Shown here piece after piece: positions 36,346-44,814 of a stretch of DNA of 46,494 nucleotides; the stretch's first letter is position 1, and every line of letters begins with the position of its first letter. The translations under genes and the position numbers were made by a program. The notes beneath the pieces were generated by a model. The model saw nothing but the letters and a program-made list of their open reading frames with translations, was not told the origin of the DNA and did no database searches. Source of the DNA: Candidatus Micrarchaeota archaeon (GTDB lineage Archaea > Micrarchaeota > Micrarchaeia > Norongarragalinales > SBBD01); NCBI GenBank assembly GCA_043820675.1, contig JBDRDM010000116.1, forward strand, positions 1-46,494, read 5' to 3'.

Positions 36346-36993
36346 ATGAAACTAATGATAGACACTGCAAACCTGGATGAAATCAAGGAGGCCGCAAGCT
36401 GGGGAATCCTTTCCGGAGTTACGACCAATCCTTCCCTCATAGCAAAGGAGGGTGGGGATTTCAAAAAAGTGATAAAGGAGATCTGCGGGCTTGTTGATGG
36501 GCCAATTTCAGCCGAAGTCATAGCAACCGATGCGCAAGGGATGATTACGGAAGGCCGCGAATACTCCAAATGGCATGGAAATGTGGTGATAAAAGTTCCC
36601 ATGACCGAGGAAGGCATCAAGGCGTGCAGCTCTCTTTCAAAAAGCGGAATAAGGGTCAATGTCACGCTCGTTTTCACCCCAAATCAGGCATTGCTAGCCG
36701 CACGTGCAGGAGCATTCCTGGTTTCGCCATTTGTTGGCAGGCTCGATGACATAGGCGAGGATGGAATGCAGGTTGTGAGGGATATTATAGAAATCTATAA
36801 GAAGCACGGCTTCAAGACACACGTACTTGCCGCAAGCATCCGAAACCCCGTTCATGTTATTGATGCGGCAAAAGCCGGCGCCGATTACGCGACCATCCCC
36901 TACACGGTCATGAAGCAGATGTTCAAGCATCCCCTGACGGATTCGGGCATAAAGCGCTTCCTTGAGGACTGGGAGAAGGCTAAAACCAAATAA
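36346..36993 (+). CDS. tal: Transaldolase / fructose-6-phosphate aldolase (short, subfamily 3B type)
   Basis: [44 protein letters not shown] and [31 protein letters not shown]. Confidence 0.92.
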   Translation: MKLMIDTANLDEIKEAASWGILSGVTTNPSLIAKEGGDFKKVIKEICGLVDGPISAEVIATDAQGMITEGREYSKWHGNVVIKVPMTEEGIKACSSLSKSGIRVNVTLVFTPNQALLAARAGAFLVSPFVGRLDDIGEDGMQVVRDIIEIYKKHGFKTHVLAASIRNPVHVIDAAKAGADYATIPYTVMKQMFKHPLTDSGIKRFLEDWEKAKTK

Positions 36994-37011
36994 GCGGAGA
37001 ATTTAGGGAAG

Positions 37012-37491
37012 ATGAGGGGTAAGTGCATGGCAAGTGAACCGGAAAAAATTCCCGAAAAGCCCTTAGTTGTGGGTTTTGGGTGCATAGGCGGTTTTGGTAG
37101 CGGGCATATTGCTCGTGCATTTGCCCATCTGGTCGAAGCGAATAGGTTGCCAGTTAGGGTCCTAACCGAAGGGATTCCAATTGCTTCGATTAATGATGAG
37201 AATCTGCCTGAATTAGAGCATAGGGCCCATGTTATTTTTGCGGTTGTATCATCTATTTCAATTGACCGTCCCGGCCTTCCTAGCAATGTTGTTCCTGCAA
37301 TTACTTTGTGGAATTGGGAGAAAAATGCCGCCAATCTTCCTAAACCGGACCGTAAATTCAAAGCATTAAGGGATAGGATTCTGAAAAAGCAACCATTGCA
37401 GGATATTAATAACCTAACAACGAAACATTTCGATCAGGCTCGATTTGCACTGCTGTACCTGCAGCACCACGGCTATTTGCCAAAAACCTGA
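37012..37491 (+). CDS. Hypothetical protein (159 aa) inserted between tal and tkt
   Basis: ATG-initiated ORF 18 nt after tal. No recognisable motif beyond a Gly-rich VVGFGCIGGFGSGH segment. Confidence 0.5.
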   Translation: MRGKCMASEPEKIPEKPLVVGFGCIGGFGSGHIARAFAHLVEANRLPVRVLTEGIPIASINDENLPELEHRAHVIFAVVSSISIDRPGLPSNVVPAITLWNWEKNAANLPKPDRKFKALRDRILKKQPLQDINNLTTKHFDQARFALLYLQHHGYLPKT

Positions 37492-37496
37492 TATTT

Positions 37497-37661
37497 TCAG
37501 TATTTTGGGGTCATTCTCCTCCCACAGTGGAAGGGGAAATAAGTAATTATTCCGCAGTAAGTGCAAATGGAATACGGGCCCTGCGATTTCATCTCCTCAT
37601 TCCCGCAGCATTTCGGGAGGGGCTTTTCAGCTCCGCATACATCACAGACGAATTTTCCCAT
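37497..37661 (-). CDS. Small Cys-rich zinc-ribbon-like protein (54 aa), not in the supplied ORF track
   Basis: My manual minus-strand translation is MGKFVCDVCGAEKPLPKCCGNEEMKSQGPYSICTYCGIITYFPFHCGRRMTPKY. It has CxxC (6,9), CC (18,19), CxxC (33,36) and HC (45,46). It converges on the preceding ORF. The RBS is weak. Confidence 0.45.
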   Translation of the reverse strand: MGKFVCDVCGAEKPLPKCCGNEEMKSQGPYSICTYCGIITYFPFHCGRRMTPKY

Positions 37662-37842
37662 GAAATTCTCAACTCAAGCAATGTTTGGTTATACGCGCAA
37701 CACATGTGCTAGCGTGCAATACTCACGTTCCCCAAATTAACTCCCAATCATTCGATTGCCTTCCTCTTGCATCCATTGGCGATAAATACCTTAAAAAACG
37801 TTGGGCGATAAAAAAAATACAGCTCATTCTCAGGGGGGAAAA

Positions 37843-38706
37843 ATGGCGTTCAAAAAGCTTACGGACATTTGGCAGCTTAAACTCATGGCAAATACCTTGA
37901 GGCAGGATCTCATACGCGCCCTACTCGAGGCAAAAAGCGGCCATACCGCAGGCCCCCTTGACCTTGCGGAATTCTTCACTGCGATGTATTTCAATTTCCT
38001 CGACCATGACCCAAAAGATCCCTCATGGGGTAGCCGGGACCGTTTCGTTCTCTCTTGCGGACATGTGTGTCCCGTCCAATATGTTGCTATGGCAAATGCG
38101 GGCTACTTCCCAAAGGAAGAGCTGATGACTTTGAGGAAACTGGGAACGCGCCTTCATGGCCATCCCCATAACCTTTCCCTGCCGGGAATCGAGAATTCGT
38201 CCGGGCCTCTTGGCCAAGGGACTTCGCAGGCAGTAGGCAAGGCGCTTGCCCTGAAAATGGAAGGAAAAAAGCAATACGTTTACTGCCTCACATCCGATGG
38301 CGAGCACAACGAGGGCCAACCCTGGGAAGCTTGGATGTTCGCCGCCAAATACAAGCTCTCAAATCTCATAGCCTTCATGGACCGCAATTACATCCAAATC
38401 GATGGCAATACCGAGGACGTGATGCCCCTTGATCCCCTGGAGGATAAGTTCAAGGCATTCAATGTGAACGTGATTTCCATTGACGGCAATGACCTTTCGC
38501 AAATCATTGGGGCGGTAAAGGCTGCCAAGGCCTCGGGCAAATTCACCATGATACTCCTCAACACCGTTCCCGGCAAGGGCGTTTCATTCATGGAAAGCAA
38601 TTATGAATGGCATGGCAAGCCGCCAAATGCGCAGGAAGCTGATCTTGCACTGAAGGAATTGCAAGCTGAACGTGAAAGGCTGGAAAAGGGGGCTGCACTC
38701 CCATAA
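37843..38706 (+). CDS. tkt: Transketolase, N-terminal (TPP-binding) subunit
   Basis: SGHTAGPLDLAEFFTAMYF, RDRFVLSCGH, SSGPLGQG, LTSDGEHNEGQPWEA and DRNYIQIDG. The ATG at 37843 follows a GGGGGG tract. Confidence 0.93.
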   Translation: MAFKKLTDIWQLKLMANTLRQDLIRALLEAKSGHTAGPLDLAEFFTAMYFNFLDHDPKDPSWGSRDRFVLSCGHVCPVQYVAMANAGYFPKEELMTLRKLGTRLHGHPHNLSLPGIENSSGPLGQGTSQAVGKALALKMEGKKQYVYCLTSDGEHNEGQPWEAWMFAAKYKLSNLIAFMDRNYIQIDGNTEDVMPLDPLEDKFKAFNVNVISIDGNDLSQIIGAVKAAKASGKFTMILLNTVPGKGVSFMESNYEWHGKPPNAQEADLALKELQAERERLEKGAALP

Positions 38707-38721
38707 AAATTGGTGTTCCAC

Positions 38722-39696
38722 ATGGCTGTCAAGATACTCGAAAATATCTATGAAAAAGTTGAGAAGGTCCCAAGCCGCGACGGGCTTGGCAAGGGACTCC
38801 TGGAGCTCGGCTTAACGCATCCCGAAGTGGTTGTGCTGTGCTGCGACCTGAAGGACTCCACTCGCGTGCAATGGTTCGAGGAAAAATACCCAGACAGATA
38901 TTTCGAGGTCGGCGTTGCCGAGCAAAACATGGCGGGAATCGCGGCAGGCATGGCTTCGGAAGGAAAAATCCCCTTCATTGCAAGCTACGCGGTCTTTTCG
39001 CCCGGAAGGAACTGGGATCAGATCCGTGTTAGCATCTGCTATTCCGAAAACAATGTCAAGGTCATCGGCGCGCATGCGGGCATATCTGTTGGCCCGGATG
39101 GTGCAACGCACCAAGCTCTTGAGGATGTTGCAATCATGCGCTGCCTTCCCAAAATGACCGTCATATCTCCATGTGATTGGGTCGAGGCAATGAAGGCAAC
39201 CATTGCCTCTGTTGACATTAAAGGACCGGCATACATCCGCCTTAGCCGGGATAAGGTGCCCGTAATTACTGCTGAAGATACGCCATTCAAGATCGGGAGG
39301 GCGGAAATTTTCAGGGACGGCTCGGATGTTTCCTTAATTGCAAGCGGCCAGCTCGTCTACGAGGCGCTTGTTGCCGCAAAAGAACTCGAAAAGGAAGGGG
39401 TATCGGCCAGCGTTATCAACAACCATACGATAAAGCCCATCGACAAGGCGGCTCTCATAAAGGCGGCAAAGGCCACGGGGGCCATTGTTACGGCTGAAGA
39501 GCACCAGATCCAAGGCGGAATGGGCTCGGCTATATCCGAGGTGCTTTGCGAAAACTATCCGGTACCTATGAAATATGTGGGGATCGATGATCGTTTCGGT
39601 GAAAGCGGCACTCCGGATTCATTGCTTGACAAATTTTGCCTTCGGGGCAAGGATATTGCGATGAAAGCAAGGGAAGTTCTAAAAATGAGGAAATAG
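38722..39696 (+). CDS. tkt: Transketolase, C-terminal (pyrimidine-binding) subunit
   Basis: YFEVGVAEQNMAGIAAGMA, FASYAVF and GISVGPDGATHQALEDVAIMRCLP. The split N/C arrangement is typical of archaea. Confidence 0.93.
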   Translation: MAVKILENIYEKVEKVPSRDGLGKGLLELGLTHPEVVVLCCDLKDSTRVQWFEEKYPDRYFEVGVAEQNMAGIAAGMASEGKIPFIASYAVFSPGRNWDQIRVSICYSENNVKVIGAHAGISVGPDGATHQALEDVAIMRCLPKMTVISPCDWVEAMKATIASVDIKGPAYIRLSRDKVPVITAEDTPFKIGRAEIFRDGSDVSLIASGQLVYEALVAAKELEKEGVSASVINNHTIKPIDKAALIKAAKATGAIVTAEEHQIQGGMGSAISEVLCENYPVPMKYVGIDDRFGESGTPDSLLDKFCLRGKDIAMKAREVLKMRK

Positions 39697-39843
39697 GCGA
39701 GCTGCTTAAGTTGGTATCTGCCTGCCGCGGTTTACATATTATTTTCCTCCTTCCCCCAATGCCCGCTTTTACTGCAAATAACGAACTTTCCCCCATTCGG
39801 AAAAGGTAATAAATGCATCCCGCGCCAATTGTGAAATCTTTTC

Positions 39844-40836
39844 ATGGTGATCAAGATGACAAAACCCAAGGTTTATGTTACAAGGCCGCTTCCTGGGAAT
39901 GCTCTAGCGGAGCTATCAAAGCATTGCGATGTAGAATTGCAGGAAGAGGAACGGGTTGCAACCAGGGAGGAGATACGAGAAGGCATCAAAGGAAAGGATG
40001 CGCTCCTATGCCTCCTCACCGACAAGATAGATGCCGAGCTCATGGATGAGAACAAGCACCTTAAGGTGATTTCAAATTATGCTGTGGGCTTTGACAATAT
40101 CGACATTCCAGCGGCAACGCAAAGGAAAATATTGGTTACCAATACTCCCGGCGTCCTAACCGAAACAACTGCGGACCTTGCAATGGGGCTAATGATTTCC
40201 GCTGCCCGCCGGATAGTCGAAGGCGATAAGTTCACGCGCGAATGCCGCTATGAGGGCTGGGGGCCTTCCATGATGCTTGGGCATGATGTTTATGGCAAGA
40301 CTTTGGGAATCATCGGCCTTGGGAGGATCGGGCATGCGGTTGCAAAAAGGGCATTCAACGGCTTTGGGATGAAAATAATCTATAACGACCCGCAGGAGGA
40401 TTTCGAATTCAACAAGGAGTTCGATGCCAAGTTCTGCGACCTTGAGGAGCTTCTTAAGCAGTCAGATTTTGTCACCATCCATGTGCCCCTAACTCCGAAA
40501 ACCAAGTATATGCTCGGCGAAAAGCAGTTCCATATGATGAAAAGGACGGCAGTCCTTGTGAACACTTCTCGGGGCGCCATAATAAACCAGGCGGCGCTAG
40601 CAAAAGCCCTCAAGGAAAAGCGCATCTTTTCGGCCGCGCTTGATGTCTATGAGGACGAGCCGCGCTGCCCAACCGAGCTAATACCTCTTCCAAATGTCCT
40701 CATTGTCCCGCATATCGGAAGCGCCTCAGTTGATACGCGCGCAAGGATGGCCCAGATGGCCTGCCAGTCGATAATGGATTTCTTCAAGGGTACGGTTCCA
40801 CAAAATGTCGTTAATAAGGACGTGCTAAAGAAATAG
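39844..40836 (+). CDS. gyaR: D-2-hydroxyacid dehydrogenase, glyoxylate/hydroxypyruvate reductase-like
   Basis: VGFDNIDI, the NAD-binding GKTLGIIGLGRIGHAVAKRA, LVNTSRGAIIN and PHIGSAS. Confidence 0.88.
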   Translation: MVIKMTKPKVYVTRPLPGNALAELSKHCDVELQEEERVATREEIREGIKGKDALLCLLTDKIDAELMDENKHLKVISNYAVGFDNIDIPAATQRKILVTNTPGVLTETTADLAMGLMISAARRIVEGDKFTRECRYEGWGPSMMLGHDVYGKTLGIIGLGRIGHAVAKRAFNGFGMKIIYNDPQEDFEFNKEFDAKFCDLEELLKQSDFVTIHVPLTPKTKYMLGEKQFHMMKRTAVLVNTSRGAIINQAALAKALKEKRIFSAALDVYEDEPRCPTELIPLPNVLIVPHIGSASVDTRARMAQMACQSIMDFFKGTVPQNVVNKDVLKK

Positions 40837-40853
40837 AGAAAATTACCCCCCTT

Positions 40854-41210
40854 TTATTTTTTCTTGAGGAATCCCATTTTGGCATCCCCCTGTTCTTGCT
40901 TTCGTATTAGTTGTTGGGCCTCCAATGCTGCTCTAACGAGTTTTCCTCTATTTGTTGGTATTTCATGGTGCTCTTTACTGCCAGGCTTTCTCGAAATCAA
41001 TCCCCATTTGACCAGCGTTTTAAAATGCGTCCTTTCGCCTTCTTTTAGCTTCCTTGGATCAATGCCTTCCCTATGCGCACGTCTCATGATATTCAGCAAA
41101 CCATCATCCATGCGCCTTCTTGTGAGCCTTTCCCGGATATCCATTTCCCTAACTGTTGCGGTGAGTGTATCTCTTGGTCCTTCCCGGCTAAAAAGATGTG
41201 GATTTGGCAT
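40854..41210 (-). CDS. Small basic hypothetical protein, possibly winged-helix DNA-binding
   Basis: ATG at 41210 (TTG alternative at 41231). Arg/Lys-rich. The segment THFKTLVKWGLISRKPGSKEHHEIPTNRGKLV looks like a recognition helix plus wing. The assignment is weak. Confidence 0.45.
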   Translation of the reverse strand: MPNPHLFSREGPRDTLTATVREMDIRERLTRRRMDDGLLNIMRRAHREGIDPRKLKEGERTHFKTLVKWGLISRKPGSKEHHEIPTNRGKLVRAALEAQQLIRKQEQGDAKMGFLKKK

Positions 41211-41452
41211 ATCGACAAAATAATCTTGCAAACAAAATATTAAACCCTCCCATTGGCAATATTTCCCGAACTTTATGTGGAATGGCCCGAATTTATGGGA
41301 GGAAGGACTGAAATAAACGCATTCTGTTGCATTGGCGGTTGTTCTTTCCTTTGATTTTTTTTGGAATGCCGTTTTTCTTCAGGTTAATTATTCGGCTAAA
41401 CAAACCCCAATCCTTAAATATTACCTTCAATTAATTTTTTGAGGTGATATTG

Positions 41453-42826
41453 ATGAGGCCGCTTTTTGCAATTTTGCTTCTATCTCTTCTTTTGTTTACA
41501 TCGCTTTCATCCGCAATGCTCGATGTTGTCAATAAGCAGATTGCCGAGCCAATGCCTTATGTTGCAACCGCTCCCCAGGCAACCGATAGCTATTACCAGG
41601 CTATATTTGACGAACGCGGCCAGGCCCTCGTATTGGCAAGGCTCGAGCTATCCAATTACCAGCGCGAGCCCGTCACCGAAATCACTTTGGAAATTCCGGG
41701 GAATTCTGTTTCCCTCAAGTATGCGCTGCAGGCATCGCCATCCTGCACTCAGCAATGCGCCAAATTTGACAAGGTATGCACGCAATCCCGCAAGGTTTGC
41801 GATGTTTGGGATTACTCTCAGGATTCCTGCACCACCTGGCGGGACGAGTGCCAAAGCTACCAGAGCCAATGCGTGCAATATACGCAAAAATGCTCGGGAA
41901 GCATTGATTCTAATTCCGCAACCTACAAGCTCGTGGACGTGCAGAAAATAGGGGGAAACACCTTTCGCATAATGCTTGATTCTCCAATTGGCAGCGGTGA
42001 AAAGAGCGCATTGCTGCTTTCCTACCGCGTCTTTGGCTATGTGACTGATGGTTTCACAAAGGATTTCGATTTCCAGACGATCAAGGCGCAATTCGATATT
42101 GATTACTCGCGCGTTTCCATTTCGGTTGACAAGGACCTGGAGCTCAAGGGAGGCCAGAGCCGCACGGATTACGTGACTGGATTCAATACTTTCGAAAGCC
42201 AGATGGCTTCTGCCCCGAAAGCGGATGCGATATCAGGTTCCAGCCTAGGAATTGCCAACAGCATCCGTTATGCGACGGGATACGTAAAAGAAAAGCGCAA
42301 CCTCCTTCCTAACGAATCCTTCCACGTGACCGGAAGCTTTGCGGATGCCGGCTGGAAACTCTATATTCTCGATTGGCTCTTCTGGCTTGCAGTCGTGCTC
42401 TTAATACTCTACGGCTGCTGGAAGTTTTGCATCCCCAAAATAATTTCACTTTTTGAATCTTTCGCGCCCCAAGCTTCCAAGAAACCTCAGAAAAATGCCG
42501 GGTTTGACGCTTCGAGGGCAATTGTTGCGGCATTCATATCGGCAACCGCATATGCGATCCTCTCCCTTGTTTTCATGGCAATATTCTTGATAGCAAGTTC
42601 CATGCGAATAATCGCAAGCAACACCTCTGCGATTTTCCTGGTATTTATAATCCTTGCAGGCATTGTTGGCGTTGTGCTGCTCTTCCTTTACGCAAATTCG
42701 CGTTTTGGAACCCTCGAGGCGATAGTAACATCGATATCCTTCATCGGCATATCTGTAGTGATGGTGCCGGTTGCGATATTCCTCCTTTACATCGTTTCGA
42801 TGGTGTTATTCGGGCAATATTTCTGA
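41453..42826 (+). CDS. Exported membrane protein with a heptad-spaced 8-Cys insert and a C-terminal multi-TM module
   Basis: GAGGTGA lies 5 nt upstream of the ATG. Signal peptide MRPLFAILLLSLLLFTSLSSA. Cys cluster CTQQCAKFDKVCTQSRKVCDVWDYSQDSCTTWRDECQSYQSQCVQYTQKC (nt 41744-41893). Four hydrophobic helices lie in the last ~170 aa. Confidence 0.75.
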   Translation: MRPLFAILLLSLLLFTSLSSAMLDVVNKQIAEPMPYVATAPQATDSYYQAIFDERGQALVLARLELSNYQREPVTEITLEIPGNSVSLKYALQASPSCTQQCAKFDKVCTQSRKVCDVWDYSQDSCTTWRDECQSYQSQCVQYTQKCSGSIDSNSATYKLVDVQKIGGNTFRIMLDSPIGSGEKSALLLSYRVFGYVTDGFTKDFDFQTIKAQFDIDYSRVSISVDKDLELKGGQSRTDYVTGFNTFESQMASAPKADAISGSSLGIANSIRYATGYVKEKRNLLPNESFHVTGSFADAGWKLYILDWLFWLAVVLLILYGCWKFCIPKIISLFESFAPQASKKPQKNAGFDASRAIVAAFISATAYAILSLVFMAIFLIASSMRIIASNTSAIFLVFIILAGIVGVVLLFLYANSRFGTLEAIVTSISFIGISVVMVPVAIFLLYIVSMVLFGQYF

Positions 42827-42847
42827 ATGATTGCTTAGTTGATTGAT

Positions 42848-43186
42848 ATGGCAAAAGGAACCATCGATTACAGCCGTGCGCTTTCGATAGCAGTGGTCGC
42901 TTCCCTTGCGTATTCGATATTGGCATCAGCAATCGTGCTCCTGATAGAATTCATCAAGCGGCCAATAGATTTCATTTACAGATCCTCCGCGGCAATCGAA
43001 TTTTCCGCAGCATTGATTCTAGGGGTGATTTCAATTATCGCGGTTTATTTATTCGTGAGCAAGAAATATGGCCCAATAGAAGGTTTGGTGACATCTGTAG
43101 TTTTCACGGGTTTTTCCATCGTCCTAGCAACTTTCTTTATCCTTTTGACCTTATTTGTGCTCCTTGGCATTTTCAATTACCATTAG
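42848..43186 (+). CDS. Small 3-TM membrane protein, paralogous to the C-terminal module of the preceding gene
   Basis: It is colinear by eye with aa 354-460 of the upstream ORF. About a quarter of positions are identical. There is a sharply conserved block GPIEGLVTSVVFTGFSIV matching GTLEAIVTSISFIGISVV. Confidence 0.65.
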   Translation: MAKGTIDYSRALSIAVVASLAYSILASAIVLLIEFIKRPIDFIYRSSAAIEFSAALILGVISIIAVYLFVSKKYGPIEGLVTSVVFTGFSIVLATFFILLTLFVLLGIFNYH

Positions 43187-43289
43187 TTGTGTTTTTTACT
43201 CGCAATTTCACCTATAAAACTTACTCCTTCAGTTAGCTATAAATACCCCTTCCCTCAGAATACCTGAACCCATTGTTTAGGTGATCCGC

Positions 43290-43445
43290 ATGACCGTTAT
43301 TGGCGATGAGCTTGTCAAGAACTGCCGCCACTGCTATTCCAATTTCGGATTTGGCGTGCGCCTCATAAACGATGGCGGCAATTTCCAGTGCCCGAACTGC
43401 AAAAGCAAATACGTGTTGGAGCGCGGCTTTACAAGGAAGGTATAG
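43290..43445 (+). CDS. Zinc-ribbon protein (51 aa), not in the supplied ORF track
   Basis: AGGTGAT lies 5-6 nt upstream of the ATG. My translation is MTVIGDELVKNCRHCYSNFGFGVRLINDGGNFQCPNCKSKYVLERGFTRKV, with CxxC...CxxC knuckles (12,15,34,37). Confidence 0.55.
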   Translation: MTVIGDELVKNCRHCYSNFGFGVRLINDGGNFQCPNCKSKYVLERGFTRKV

Positions 43446-43572
43446 CCCAACTCCTGATCTTGCTCCTTTCCCCCATTCGCACTTTTGCATCCGTTTTCCG
43501 CTTCTCCTTTGTTTATAATAGTTTTCCAACGTAACCCTACTGGCAGCTTCGCATCCGTTATTTGTGATAAAC

Positions 43573-44148
43573 ATGCCCGATGAACCAAAGCAGGAATTTA
43601 CCGAAAAGGACCTAGCAGAGCTGTTCGAGAAGGCAGGCAAGCTTGGGGCAGTCCTTGCGCTCCTACATTTCGATTCCTACGGCAAGGACAAGGAAAACGT
43701 GCGCGCATCCCTTGTCGAACTTGTTAGCCGGATCAATGCGGAAAAGGGCGTAATCTATTGCCGTGGGGAAGTCGAGGAAGTTCTCGAGACCGAAGATGAG
43801 GCGGGCAAGAGCTACACCACCTATACCGAAATCAAGGTCATGTTCTCCAATTTCGACATCGCAATTGGCACCTGCCTCAAGTACGGCCCCCTTGCGGTTG
43901 AAATCATCGAGCCAAACGAGTTGAGGATGAACCAGGAGCAGATGCAAAACACCCTCCTTAATGCGAGCAGCATCTCGCAGCAGTTCACGAACTATTTCAT
44001 GTCAAAGCTCCTGAAAAAAGAGGACCTGGAGGAGTTCCAAAAGAACCTGGAAAAGCGCGTCGAGCACGGCAAGGAACTGATGAAGAAGAGGGATGGTGAT
44101 GCAAGCGCCCAAGCGCCGCCTGCTAACGCTACTGGAAAAGAATCGTAA
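43573..44148 (+). CDS. Hypothetical cytoplasmic protein with a Lys/Glu-rich C-terminal helix (192 aa)
   Basis: ATG at 43573 (GTG alternative at 43564). The composition is protein-like and no motif was recognised. Confidence 0.6.
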   Translation: MPDEPKQEFTEKDLAELFEKAGKLGAVLALLHFDSYGKDKENVRASLVELVSRINAEKGVIYCRGEVEEVLETEDEAGKSYTTYTEIKVMFSNFDIAIGTCLKYGPLAVEIIEPNELRMNQEQMQNTLLNASSISQQFTNYFMSKLLKKEDLEEFQKNLEKRVEHGKELMKKRDGDASAQAPPANATGKES

Positions 44149-44172
44149 ATTTTTTATGTTGGTGGTCTATTC

Positions 44173-44754
44173 GTGCCCGAACTGAATTTTAAAATAATTC
44201 TCCAGGGGTTGTGGTATCTTTACCTATTAAGCCTCATTGTGGGTTTGGTTTCGGGTATTATTTTAGGACTGGTTGGTTACCATCCAATATCCGCCTTCCG
44301 TATTTTTGGCTTTTTCACAATTCAGCACTTAGCGGCGCTTGTAGTTAGTATAATTGCTCTATTTCTTACTGCTTTCTACCTGCCATATACTTATTTCAAA
44401 GCAAATAGTCTCAATCGGAATGATGCATACGCGATAATGGCTAGCTTTCTTGTATTTCCTCTTCTTGTCTTATCTTTGTATAATTCGTATGTAGCGATTC
44501 CTATAGCTCTATGGCTTATGCCAAATAGCTCTGAACTCGCATTTGCAGTGTCTGCTTTTTTTAGCGTTCTGTTGGCCATGACTCCTGCATCAATTTTAGC
44601 AAGCTTGAATTATGTTTTATGCCCGGGTCTGATGAACGATCTATTATTGCCAAGGTGCATTAATTTGGATTTGATTACAGAAGGTCTGGTTGCAGTTGCC
44701 GCAGGATTTGCCTCCATGTACTTCGCATATAAGCTCTCGGCATCAAAAAAGTGA
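44173..44754 (+). CDS. Hypothetical polytopic membrane protein (193 aa) in an AT-richer segment
   Basis: GTG start with GGTGG 7 nt upstream. About 6 hydrophobic helices. By eye the composition is clearly more A/T-rich, with T-rich third positions, than the neighbours. Confidence 0.6.
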   Translation: MPELNFKIILQGLWYLYLLSLIVGLVSGIILGLVGYHPISAFRIFGFFTIQHLAALVVSIIALFLTAFYLPYTYFKANSLNRNDAYAIMASFLVFPLLVLSLYNSYVAIPIALWLMPNSSELAFAVSAFFSVLLAMTPASILASLNYVLCPGLMNDLLLPRCINLDLITEGLVAVAAGFASMYFAYKLSASKK

Positions 44755-44814
44755 CCCTTGAAAAGGAATAAATACTACCTCCCCCCATTTAATCTCCCAA
44801 CCCACTTGATTGAA

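Noticed and set aside
43233-43640. A 135-aa minus-strand ORF.
   Set aside because: It has no RBS, an odd composition, and overlaps the start of the 43573 gene. The opposite strand holds a zinc-ribbon ORF with a strong RBS.
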